A stretch of DNA of 64,000 bases from Squalus acanthias. Taxonomy: Eukaryota. The DNA lies in NCBI GenBank assembly GCA_030390025.1, contig CM059432.1, positions 88,042,001-88,106,000 on the forward strand, read 5' to 3'. Shown here in pieces: positions 39,212 to 51,588 of the stretch; position 1 is the first letter of the stretch, and the number at the start of each line of letters is the position of its first letter. A program made the position numbers and the translations under genes. Below the pieces are notes generated by a model. It saw only the letters and a program-made list of their open reading frames with translations, ran no database searches and was not told where the DNA came from.

Positions 39212-39635
39212 ATTTTTTCTTATTCATTCACGGGATGTGGGCATCGCTGGGAAAGCCAGCATTTATTGCCCATTCCTAATTGCCCTTGAGAAGGTGGCGG
39301 TGAGTGGAGAACCACCTTCTTGATAACTGAGTGGCTTGATAAGCCATCAGAGGGCAGTTAAGAATCAACACATTGATGTGGCTCTGGAGTCACATACAGG
39401 CCAGACTGGGTAAGGACGGCAGATTTCCTTCCCTAAAGGACAATAGCGAACCAGAAGGGTTTCTATGATAATCCGGTAATTGCATGGTCACCATTACTGG
39501 TACTAGCTTTCTTTAAATTCCAGATTTATTTCATTTAAATTCCCCAGCTGCCATGGTGGAATTTGAACTCCTGTCTCTGGATCATTAGTCCAGGCCGCTG
39601 GATTACTAGTCCCATAACATAACCACTATGCTACC
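39212..39635 (-). mobile_element. tRNA-derived SINE (second family) with L2-like tail, nested in Harbinger
   Basis: Minus-strand head GGTAGCATAGTGG...GAGTTCAAAT; 3' tail nearly identical to LINE end at 6722-6810. Confidence 0.75.
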
Positions 39636-40309
39636 TGATAAAGTTTGTGGGATATGGCGTTTGAAGATGCATTTACTCACCTTGACCACTCATGTGAGGT
39701 CCTTAAACTTCTTGCGGCACTGGATCCAGGTCCTGGGGCAACACACATGGCACTGATGGCTTGGGCTACCTCCTTCCACTGCCTTCTGACGTTCTGCCGG
39801 GAAAGCTTCCTGCCCCCCGTGGATAGAGGATTGGTCTTCTTCTGTGTACCCCCAGGACTAAGACCTCTAGTGCTATATCAGAGAAGTGCCTACCATTTCT
39901 CTTCCCTGTTGCGACATGGCTGCATCCAGAGTGACAATGAGGTGCTTCTGCAACAAAGCACCTCCCCTTTAAGAAGTGCAGAGAGCCTAGGCAAAATTTT
40001 ATTGGCCAGTAGACTGCATACGATATTGGCCCCACTCTTGAGCGCTGAGCCAACCAGCAGCGCATTTAGCACTGAGCTCAGCAGCTCCAATCATTATAAA
40101 GAGCAAGCAGCATCAATTTTGTGTGCTGCCTGTACCACTTTGAACGGGTGCGGGCACATCACGCTTCGCGCTGCCCGCGCCCGTTTTCGGGCCGAATCCA
40201 ATTTCACTCCCAAATCTCCTGTGCTGCTGCGATTTTAAAAAAAAACTGCTCTTCAAGATCTTCAATTACTTTACTCCTTTGATACTGTTTAAGATAAATT
40301 GAACATAAT

Positions 40310-41170
40310 GGGGGTAATTTTAACTTTGATTGCCAGGCGAAAAATGGGTGATAGCAAATTGGTAGCCCGTTTTACAAATCGTCCAATTTTCTTTTCCTTT
40401 GCAATTGACTTGTACGGGGGTGATTTTGTGACTGGGGGCGCGTTGGAGGCGGGACTGCTGCTTGTCGGGTCGATGTCCCGCCTCCATTGATTTGTGGCCA
40501 ACCCACGCTATTTTCCCTTGATTGACCTTGTTAAACCCGCCCAGTGGGCTTAGCAGGCCAATTAAGGGAAAGCCGGTTGCAGAGCACGTCAACGTATGAC
40601 GTTTCATCTGTCAAAAATTTTTGACAGATGAATTGTCATCGTTTGACAGCATACAAGACCTCATCAACCTTCTTTCTTTTACAGAAATGAGATGGTTGTT
40701 GCATATGAGAACACAGAGGTTCGAGACTCTCCGCATACAAACCGACTGAAGCCTGCAGGAAGAAACAAAGGTAAGTACATTTTTAAAAACACTTTGCACT
40801 TACCTCAGATACTCACCTCTACACTCTTGCACCCATCACTTACCTTCACACCACACTTTTGCACCCCCCCAACCCCCGCAGGCCCAGTACTTGCCTCGCT
40901 GAGCTGGCGTGTTTTGGAGCCTTCGGGAAGCCTGCACTTGTGAGGGCAAAAAGGGGATAATCCTATTTTCTGTTAAGAGGCAGTTAATAGGCTTTAATTC
41001 CTTCCCGCCTCCAAGGAGACGGAACCTGGCGCGGGACGGCTACCCGCCTCCTGGGAAGATGGCATGGAGATGGGTTGGGGTTGGGTTGGGCACCCGCCCC
41101 CAAATTCTGCCATTTTCCCGGCAGTTCTGCCTCCATACCCGCCTCCCCAGGGCTGGCAAAATCGCCCCCC
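40310..41170. mobile_element. Harbinger-type MITE
   Basis: Ends GGGGGTAATTTT / AAAATCGCCCCC. Confidence 0.5.
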
Positions 41171-42744
41171 AAGTTTGTGTTGAGTTTACTGATCCCAACT
41201 GGCAGTATGGGACTATTGATTTGAGAGGGGCGCTGTAATCAGCCAGGGTTATTACTCCTGATCTTAACCCAGTGACGTATGCTGGAAAGTAAGCGTGTGT
41301 GGACACCAGGTGAGGACAAGATTGGGCTCAGCAGCTATGATGCCATCAGGTTGAATAGCCTGCCTACATGATTACATAGGCTCACGAATTAAGAATAATC
41401 ACTTGGGAGAGATACCAATGGCTGCCGTTATCGGTGGAATCATACTCCAGAATCAGTCAATGTTTTTGGCAGAGAAGTGTAGGAAATTCTGAAAGAAGAA
41501 GAAAATTAATTCAACATTTGAAAGTAGTCCTGGCCAAACTGTCTCTCAACGGCTTCGATACCTCCCATTGAATATAGTAGGAAGGAGGCTGAGCCATTCA
41601 GAGCAGGAAACTGGATTCTGCATTGCCATCCCCAGCCTCCCTATAAGTAAGAAGATGGCAGCTGCAATCAAAATACATTTTAAAATTGGGAGACGGAAGA
41701 AAGCAGTGGGTGACACACTGGCCTTTCACCTCCATGGACTGAGTTTCCAATCCAGCCCGGAGTGATGGGATGAAACCCACAGCATAAACTGGGCAAGATC
41801 CTGACTTTGTGCAATAGTGTAAAATAGATGATAGCGAATCGGCAGTCTATTTTGCATCTCCCCTGATTTTTCTTTCCATTGATTTTAATATGCAACTATG
41901 TGACAAGCAATACTGACCCAGCAAACCAAGCTTTGAAAGAAAAAAACTACCCAAAGACCAAGAAGGCCTTACAACTATAACCATTTGCGTGTGTGTGTGT
42001 GTGGGTGGGGGGCATGTAGTCTAGAATGGTGACTCCATATTTCCCAGGCAAATCTTGGGGCCATGCAGGCCTGGTAAATTTAAATTATTTTTGATGGCTT
42101 ATTGAGGCTTCCGTCTGCTCTCAGTGATAGCAGATCTCCAGTGATCCAGCACAACCTGACTACAAGAAACTGGGCTGTGCGACTCTGGCACAGAGTAAGT
42201 AACGGACTACTCCCAGGATTTTCCAACCTCTCTCTCATTTGCATCCAATTACAGTCACCTTTTCAGCGTGCATCAGATTGGCCTTGGTTGTGAGGCTCCC
42301 AGTGGACCAGTAGCCTCTGACACTTACATTTAATGTTCACAACAGGCACGTACCCACGGTGTGGCTTATGCCTTCAAGAGAGATGGGGAGAGGAGAAAAT
42401 TGGTGCGAGAGAGAAAAAAGCTGTTACGTGAACCTTTCAAATTCACTTTACTAGCCTGATTCACTTACATCTGTGAAATATTTTAACATTTCCAAACCCT
42501 CAACCAACATGGTAGAATATTTTGTTCCAGATATAACTTGATTTATTTTATCAAGCAGGTCATGTGCATAATATTTTTTGCAAAAGACTGGCCAAGTTGA
42601 ATTTCCACACATTTAATAGGTACCTTGTTGTGAGACTGGGAATGACTGAGATTTATTAAGTTCAAGGTAAGGAAGACAGCAGGAATATATTCAGGATAGA
42701 AGTGTGGAAGGGTGATTTTGGGATTTGTTACACAAAGACACTGA

Positions 42745-42940
42745 GGGGGAGAAATTCGGTATCGCCTCGTTTGGGGCGCAATTATCGGCCGGGCGCAAAC
42801 TTTAGTGCCTGGCGCTAATTATCGCCTCCGACTGCAAACTTGGCTTCTATTGCCCCTGGAGGGGATTGGAGTGCTAAATCAGGTGTTACACACCTCTTAG
42901 GGCGCTAACGGGAGGCGCAAAGCAACCAAATTTTTCCCAC
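42745..42940. mobile_element. short Harbinger-type MITE
   Basis: TIR GGGGGAGAAATT / AATTTTTCCCAC, TSD TGA; one end matches 21185-21235. Confidence 0.65.
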
Positions 42941-43221
42941 TGAAGATTTGATGAAAAGATGGCCCTTTTACTTTCAACAACGTCTAAGTTTGTAAGTATG
43001 ATTTAAAAAAACTTCTCAATTCATATAGATGTTGTTAAAAGACACATGCGAAGAAATTTTGTGAGAGCCATACAATTGCTCATGCCTTATTTAATTAAAA
43101 TTGGTAAGCTACCAGCACTACTCGACCTCTTCATTGGTAGCTTGCCTAATGGGGAGGATGGTAAATCGGGCATCTCTGACGCCATTTAAATTCAGCCTGT
43201 GCCTCATCAAGTGTAGCGACA

Positions 43222-44214
43222 GGAGACTAGAGAGTAGGGATAATGGGCAGGTACTCGAATTGGCAGGATATGACTAGTGGTGTCCCGCAGGGATCTGTGT
43301 TGGGGCCTCAACTATTCACAGTATTTATTAACAACTTAGATGATGGCATAAAAAGCCACATATCCAAATTTACTGATGACACAAATATTGGCGGCATTGT
43401 AGGCAGTGTAGATGAAAGCATAAAATTACAAAGGGATATTGATAAATTAAGTGAACGGACAAAACCGTGGCAAATGGATTTCAATGTAGGCAAATGTGAG
43501 GTCATCGACTTTGGACCTAAAAAGGATAGAACAGGGTACTTTCTAAATGGTGAAAAGCTAAAAACAGTGGAGGTCCAAAGAGACTTGGGGGGTCCAGGTA
43601 CATAGATCATTAAAATGTCATGAACAGGTACAGAAAATAATCAAAAAGGCTAATGGGATGCTGGCCTTTATATCTAGAGGACTAGAATACAAGGGGATAG
43701 AAGTTATGCTGCAGCTATACAAAACCACACCTGGAGTACTGTGAGCACCACACCTTAAGAAGGATATATTGGCCTTGGAGGGAGTGCAGCGTCGGTTTAC
43801 CAGAATGATTCCTGGACTCCAAGGGTTAAATTACGAGGCGAGATTACACAAACTAGAGTTGTATTCCCTAGAATTTAGAAGGTTAAGGGGTGATCTGATC
43901 GAAGTTTTCAAGATATTAAGGGGAACAGATAGGGTAGATAGAGAGAAACTATTTCTGCTGGTTGGGGAGTCTAGGACTAGGGGGCATAGTCTAAAAATTA
44001 GAGCCAGACCTTTCAGGAGTGAAATTAGGAAACACTTCTACACACAAAGGGTGGTAGAAGTTTGGAACTCTCTTCCGCAAACGGCAATTGATGCTAGATC
44101 AATTGTTAATTTTAAATCGGAGATTGATAGCTTTTTGTTAACCAAAGGTATTAAGGGATATGGGCTAAAGGCGGGTATATGGAGTTAGGTCGCAGATCAG
44201 CCAAGATCTCATTG
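43222..44214 (+). mobile_element. CR1 LINE 3' fragment
   Basis: SGVPQGSVLGPQLF..FINNL...[20 protein letters not shown]. Confidence 0.9.
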
Positions 44215-46834
44215 TAGCCCCAGCACTCACAAGCCTTCCATCACTCTCTTGCAATCACAGCAGCACACTTCACTACTCCTCCTTCTGCTGCTACTGGAAC
44301 ATTCTGCACCTGCTACTGTCCTCACTATTACTTCCCTCACTTCCCCACACCTGTGGCATCTTTTACACACCATCCACACTATTCTACCCTAACACACACG
44401 TCCTCTGAACATCTCACTAGGCTTCCACTAACACACTGGTTTCTTTCATGCATGAGAAGCTGTCACACAATAGTAGTGAACAGGAGGAGGGCTACCACCC
44501 ATCCATGTCCTGTTCCCACTCGAAGAAGAGGGCATGCACATTGTGGGCAGGGGACATGTCAGGAACGTGATGATTAGCAAGGCTGGAGGACATGTTCTGC
44601 AGGGTTTCTGGACATCTCTTGTTCCCTTCTCACTGAAATCTCACCCTCACACACTATGCATGACAAAGTGCAGCTGCTTTGAGCAGCCAGTCATCTCTCT
44701 CTGCTTAGCCTTGCCCATAACTGCTAACCCTTGTTGCTCGCTTCCATTTCAAGTGCATCAGCAGCAAAGGGCCCAGAGGCTGCAGAGTAAGAGAAGGAGA
44801 GCACATTAGAAGAAGAAGTGTCGCTTGACCTTACAGTTGCAGGCACCAGTTCAGAGAATGGCACCTATTGTAGTTCAGAGGATCGGTTAGAAGGCTCTGC
44901 ACCATGAGGTTCACCCAGCACAAGTACGCAGGAGTAGGGCAGAGAGATAGGATGGCCCAGGAAGTAGCTCACCAGAGGGAGAGTTCGCATCCTAGCCCTG
45001 CTGCTGATGGCACAGATCATAGGCCCAGCCTATTGAAGAACACAAAGGGGAATTCACACAAAACTTCTAAGTGCACTGGGCTGCCTGCCAGCGAGCTTGC
45101 GCACAATGGCAGAGGGCATGGAGGAGTTCAACCCCAACTTACAGAAAACCGTCACCAGGGGTTTGCATAAGGGTGATTTTTAGTTCTCTATTATTAAAGG
45201 TCTGGAACAATGAATGAAGAGAGTTGAATCATCTTGATATTGTTAACTTTTTCTTACATTGCTGTTGTCTTAACATTTCTAATAATGTAAGTGCAACACC
45301 AAAGAAGGTATGCACTTTGATAACATTTACATGGTGAATGTAAGGTCCTTGATGAGATGGTAGAAGGGACTGTTGGTGCATTGGGAGGGGAGGGACTATT
45401 CAACTGAATCACTCCTAGATGATTTGCTGCTGCAGAGCTTTCGCTGGCGATATTGGTAGCTCTTCCTCTTTGTCGGCATCCTCAGATTCCTGCTGACATT
45501 CCTGCGCCCTCTTCGATAAGCATCTCCTGGTCTGTGCAGTCTTTCTTGCCAGTGTTGCTCCTCCTCAACCTCCAGCCCCAATAGTCGACCCAGCAGAACA
45601 CACATTATAACACTAATTGTGCTGAAGGCCAAGCAGAGAAAGACTCCTGGACCTCCAAAAAGTGACTCCGAAAAAAGTTTGAACACTGATACTACAGTCA
45701 AAATAGCCAAAAATATCCCACAAGCCCACGAGCAGCACAAAATGACTAACCAGCGACTTAGCTGAACGGAGGCGAGGATGCCTTTAATAGTGTTTCTGTA
45801 GCCTTCTTCCCGACTGTTCCCACCATGATTTGTTGGACGGGCTTAAGAATGAGCGAATCAGGCACCCACACAAACTAATATCACAAAAGGGGCTTAAAAC
45901 AGGCGAAGGAACCTAATTTTAATATTTGAATTGGCAGAACGCTTCTGTCAGATGGCTGCCCGTGATGCCTAAAATTTACCCGAACCAATATGACAGTTGA
46001 TGCACTTCCAGCGCAATTTGCACGTACGCGAGCAATCAACATCCGCAATTCGCAAGAATCCGCAATATTTAACACTTGGTTTAAGCCCAAAAAATGGGCA
46101 GAGCGAGGCCCAATTTCTCCCTCAGAGGGTAGTAAAATCTCAATGTCTCCGCAAATGACTAAATCAAGAGCAGCCTGGACCTGTTAAGTATTTATTTGCA
46201 CAATATAACTGGCAGTAATTCATGTTAACATCATTTTATTTAACAACTTACACCATGCAAAGTAAATGTTGTAGGAAAAAAGGACTCATGGGGGAAGACT
46301 TCCTCTGAGTATTTTATGTAGTGAAATCATAAATGTGTTTCTAAGGAATGGGTATTGGAATCTACCACAGCTAGCTCAGAGGGAACATTTTCACTCTTCT
46401 GGATCATTATTATTTTGAATGTTTAACAAGAGAAAGCAGTGCAAGATATTTTGGGGGCTTTGGGATGAGAAAGAAATTATATTTGATTTGTATATAAATC
46501 AGGATAAAATATAATTTTACTCTTTTTAAGATGATCATTCAGTAACAGCCAGGTGTACATCATTTAGTTATCTGTCCAGAACGTTGAATAATCATTTGCA
46601 ATTTGGGTCATTCAGCATCACAATTTCATACACCTCAGGCACAAGTTCATGGTGAATAATTCAGCACCAAAAATCCCCCATTAAATCACCTTAGAAAAAG
46701 TTTGAGCAACTTAGTGTTAACAGCTTTTCATTCTGACTTATTATTATTACTATTTCTGAAATGCAGGTCATTATTAAGGTTGAAAAGAGTAAGATAAATG
46801 AAGAAATGGCGATGCCAAGCTTGATGTGGCAGTA

Positions 46835-47170
46835 CAGGTTGAGCGTCCCGAATCCGGCAACCTTGGGACCGAGGCTGAGCCGGTTTTCGTGTTTTTCCAG
46901 ACTTCGGAACGTGTTTCTGATGTCCGAAGTCCGGAAATGCCCGAGCCCAGGTTGCAATATTTCCGGACTTTGGACATCAGAAACACGTTCCGAGTCCGGA
47001 AATGCCTGGGCCCAGGTTGCGATATTTCCGGTTTTTGGTTAGCCTCCCTTTTGGTGTCCAGATTCCGGAACATTTTACGGATTCCAGAAGACCTTGCCAC
47101 CAATCATCCCGGAGTTTGGATTCCGGAATATTCCGGATTCCGGAACTCCTAATTTTGGACGCTCAACCTG
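46835..47170. mobile_element. Tc1/mariner-Tigger-like MITE
   Basis: 14-bp TIR CAGGTTGAGCGTCC / GGACGCTCAACCTG flanked by TA TSD; many TCCGGA subterminal repeats. Confidence 0.8.
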
Positions 47171-47222
47171 TATTCACCTCTGCAACAGTATTCAATGATG
47201 TGGTGAGCAATGTGGACAGTAT

Positions 47223-50200
47223 GGGCTAAAAATTCGATAGCCCCCAAAAACGGGCGAGGGGCTTGTGATGCGTGGTTAACCCATGGCTGTTCAAAGTAAT
47301 ACAGGCAGCATGCAAACTTGGTGCTGTCTGCTAATTTAAATGATAGTGACGTGCAGCCCAGCTCTACATGCGCTGCTAAGTGGCTGCATGCTCAGCAGGG
47401 GCCCAAGTTCGTGCCAGCACTTCGTAAAGCCAGCCTGCACCTCTTAAAGGGGAGGTGCAGTTTGACGAGACCAAGTGCTGGAAGTCATTCCAGAAGGCAG
47501 TTTCAACTGGGAAACAGTCAGCAATGGCATGACAGGCCAGAGAGAGGGCTCCAAGGTTCTCAGACACAGCACTGGAGGTCTTAGTACAGGAGGTGGAGAG
47601 AAAGAAAGAGGTCCTGTTTCCACAGGGGGTCAGGAGGCCTCCCAGACAGACACTGCGAAGGCAGTGGGAGCAGATAGCCACAGAGGTTAGTTCCAATAGT
47701 GTTGCCCTGAAAACCTGGATGCAGTGCCAGAAGAAGCTCAATGACCTCAAATGAGTGGTCAAGGTCAGTGAATGCATCTTCAAATGCCATATTCCACAAA
47801 CTGCACCACTAGCCTCGCACACTGCTCAATTCACCACATCCCCATCACTCACCTACCAACAATCTCTATCTATCACAACTTATACCTCACATTCTTATGC
47901 TCCATCTCACCCTCACACACTTACCACTGCTGCAAGCCTCACACCCACATCTCACAGCTTCCACACACTGCCAATTATTCAAGCATGACAGCCACATCAG
48001 TGAAACACATTGAACCACACTCACTGACACACTTCCCTCTCTCTGGCACACAACCGTAGGCAGCGGCAGCTAACTGGAGGGGGGCAGATGTGCCTCCATA
48101 TCCTGCTCCCATGCGAGGAGACGATGCTCGGCATAATTGGAGTGGCTGTGAATGAGGCTGTGGCCAGCGGTGGCGCTGAAACCATTGAAGATGACAGTAT
48201 GCTCAAACCTAATCCTCCTTCTCACATCCCGCTTCCCCCTCATCCCACAATATCTTGTGACTTACAAGCTGCAGATGGTGTAAGCACGCACCTCTTGCCC
48301 CTCCCCTCACCACAACCCTACCCTTGTACCTTTGTCATTTCAGAGACCCAAGAAATTCAACCTGGCCAGGCAGTGGTCGAAGAGGAAAAGGAAAGTGATA
48401 ATGAAGAAGAAACACCATCATTGATCTGACACTCTCAGCCACCAGCTCAGATATTGCGTGGACTTTAGAGGGTAGCTTAGAGATGCGACCTGCACATGGT
48501 GAGTCACCAGGCATGAGATTTTTTTAATTGATTCATGGGATGTGGCAAGGCCAGCATTTATTGCCCATTTGTAATTGCCCTTGAGAAGGTGGTGGTGAGC
48601 CGCCATTTCAGAGGGCAGTTAAGAATCAACCACATTGCTGTGGGCCTGGAGTCACATATAGGTGAGACTGGGCAAGGACGGCAGATTTCTTTCCCTAAAG
48701 GACATTAGTGAACCAGATGGGTTTTTACGACAATCCGATAGTTTCATCGTCACCATACTGATACTAGCTTTTTATTCCAGATTTATTTAATTAACTGAAT
48801 TTAAATTCCCCAGCTGCCGTGGTGGGATTTGAATTCATGTCTCTGGCCTCTGGATTACTAGTCCAGTAACATAAAAACTATGCTATCGTACCCCGAGTGG
48901 GCTGTAGACAGGGCAGGGGGAAAGGATAGCACAGGTGCCAACTCCCTGGAGGGTGAGGTCACACACGAGTTCTGCTGCACAGGACTCAGATGGGGCGGCC
49001 TATAGAACAAAGCTCAAGGATATGCACAACTAATTGCTTGGTGTATTGACAAGCCTGCCAGAATGCCTGAATGAAATGTCAAGGAGCATGGAGGAGCTCA
49101 GCTTGAACTTGCACAGGGCTTTGCGCAGAGCTTGGAGCCCATCCTTCCAAGCCTGGAAAGGTTGGCAGATCCATTAACGCACTTGTGGACACAACCATCA
49201 TTCAGCGTCTGATGGCTGATGGCTCAGCTTCCACTGCAGCACAAGCAGAAGCCACCCACGTCTGAGTGCTGCAGTGGAAGCTCAGACTGAAGTCTTGCAA
49301 GCTCAGCTTGTTGCCACGCAAGCACAGTCTGCTGACATCATGGCTGCGGTTAGCAGTGTTAAAAGGGGCTTGCAGGCTGTCACAACATTGCAGCAATCTG
49401 TCCTCCAGCAGATTACTAGGATTGCTGAGGCGCCGCCCCGGTGGAGTGGCAGTGGCTCCATGGAGCACGAACCTGCTGTCCTCTCAGGATGACAACATTC
49501 GTCCTCCCACCACTGCCACTCCACCAGTGCTCTTGCTGCTGCCTGTCAGCCAGCCAGCCCAGACTGCTGCCACCCATGCCGAGGTGGTGCAGTCCACAGC
49601 CGTGCCTTCTAGGTCCAGAGCTGCTCGAGGTCATCCTGCAAGGCCATCTGCAGTCTCCCCCACTGAAAGTCAGCAGCCTAACACCAGCCATGCTGCAGCC
49701 ACTGGGGCAGCACTGCATAGGAGCACTAGGACAGGCAAAGGCACTTGGAAGACCAGCACTAAGGGACTGCACAAGGGTGATTAGTTTTTGAACTAAATAT
49801 TGTAATTGTTTGATTCATAAAATTGGTTTGGAATGTTTGTTTTGTGGTAGCTTTCATTTCAGCATTGTGGCCAAGATGACGCTGTGATGGTCTGTAACAG
49901 AGGGAAGGTAAGGGGCGGGACTGTTGGTGAATGGAGAATTGGGGTTGCATTCACTGGTACCGCAGTCAGATGAGTCAATCACGGACAGCCCGGGCAGAAA
50001 GACACTGTTTGGGTTGCCTCCTCCCTTCCTCCTCTTTTTCTGCTTCCCCCTCTTCCCCTTTCTCCGCCTCCTCCTCCTCCTCCTCAGCTGGTCGCCGTAT
50101 GCCTGGTGGCAAGGGCTGTGCTCTCATGATGGCAAGGAGCATGCAGCAGACCACAGAGAATCTTGAGACCGCTGTCTGAGTACTGCAGGCTCCTCCAGAG

Positions 50201-51588
50201 TGGTCCAGGAAGCGGAAGCTTTGTTTAAGGAAGTCAATGGTCGGCTCTACCAGATTCCGTGTGACAGCATGGCTTTCGTTATATGCTGCTGCCCACATGT
50301 GCGTGGGTTGTGCACCGGTGTCATGAGCCAGGTGGTCAGCGGATAGCCCTGTCATCCAGTAACCACCCTCTGGTTTGTCTTGGTGGCTCAAATGCTAATG
50401 TAACAGCGGACTGCCGCAGAATGAAGGCATCATGGCTGCTGCCAGGATACCAAGCATTGACCTGCATGATGAGCTGAGTATGGTCGCACACCAGCTGGAC
50501 ATTGAGGGAGTGAAATCCCTTCCGGTTGCGGTACATCTCCAAATTGAGATGCGGCGCCCAAAAAGCGATGTGCGTGCCGTCAACAGCACGCTGCACCATG
50601 GGAAGCCTGCTATCCTGGCGAAGCTGCGTGCTCGCTCCGCCTGCTTCTCTCTGGCAAGAGGGAATGAAATATATTCAGCTCTCTTTGCATACAGAGCTTC
50701 ACTCACCTCCCTTATACAGGAGTGGACGGTGAACTGGGAGATGTTACAGATGTCGCCTGCTCCAGCCTGGAGGAGCCCGACGCGAAGAAGTTCAAGTCCA
50801 CGGTCACCTTTACAGCCTCTGGCATTGCCGTCCTTGCCCTGGACTGAGGCTGCAGGTGGCAGATTTCAGTGAGCACCTCCTTAGTAAAACAGAGATGTTG
50901 CACACACTGTTCCTCACTGAGGTTGAGGTAGAAGAATTACCCCCTGAAGACCCTGGGTGGATATGGCCCCTTGCTGGGAGCGCTTCTCACCCTCCTCCTC
51001 CTCCCTCTTCTAGCAGCTTGTCCTGCTCTGTGTCGCCTCTGCTCATTCTCCCTGTCATGCTGCAAGCCAAGGGAGATAGAAACTACTGCACCTGTGTCTG
51101 GGAGCAACTGGTCTGAGCAGACCCCTTGCAAGGCAGAACCAAGTCCTTGAGCACATGCCACACCACTCCTTGCAGACTTTAGGCAACTTTAAAGAAATCT
51201 AGAAAACACCAAACACTCCTACAAACTCAGCAACTGCTAGTAGAAATCAATCAGCAACTAACAAGTAAGCAGGTGATGATTCCTTTAAATAGCACTGGTT
51301 GGGAGTTCTTCCTGCTGCTGCATGTTCAGCTGTGCGAGGTTAAGAGAGGACGTTAGCTCTAGCATTGAGGTTGAAAGTGGCAGCGCTGCCGTCAAATTTA
51401 ACGTCCCACTCTGCGTACTCTGCATACTTCTGGTGCACGCTCCCAGCACCGACACTAATGCATTCACCAAAATGGCGTCCAGCGCGGACCGCACCAGAAG
51501 TGTGCGCGCTGCTCGAATGCCATTTTCGACCCAAAACAGCACCCATAGCGCCCAAACAATGGACTCTACGCAACCAAATTTCTAGCCG
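47223..51588 (-). mobile_element. full-length two-gene Harbinger transposon (transposase -, Myb/SANT gene +), inactivated
   Basis: TIR GGGCTAAAAATT / AATTTCTAGCCG, TSD TAT; Myb/SANT exon 47524-47763 (APRFSDTALEVLV..V...W.QIA.EV......TW.QC.KK.NDL); transposase ~49975-51095. Confidence 0.88.
48516..48893 (-). mobile_element. tRNA-derived SINE (second family) nested in Harbinger
   Basis: Matches 39212-39635. Confidence 0.75.

Larger units (their letters stand above)
35792..40211 (+). mobile_element. near full-length two-gene Harbinger transposon (transposase +, Myb/SANT gene -), inactivated
   Basis: Transposase 36283-37345; convergent spliced Myb/SANT-like gene ~37600-39920; imperfect TIRs; colinear (inverted) with 47223-51588. 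Confidence 0.85.
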
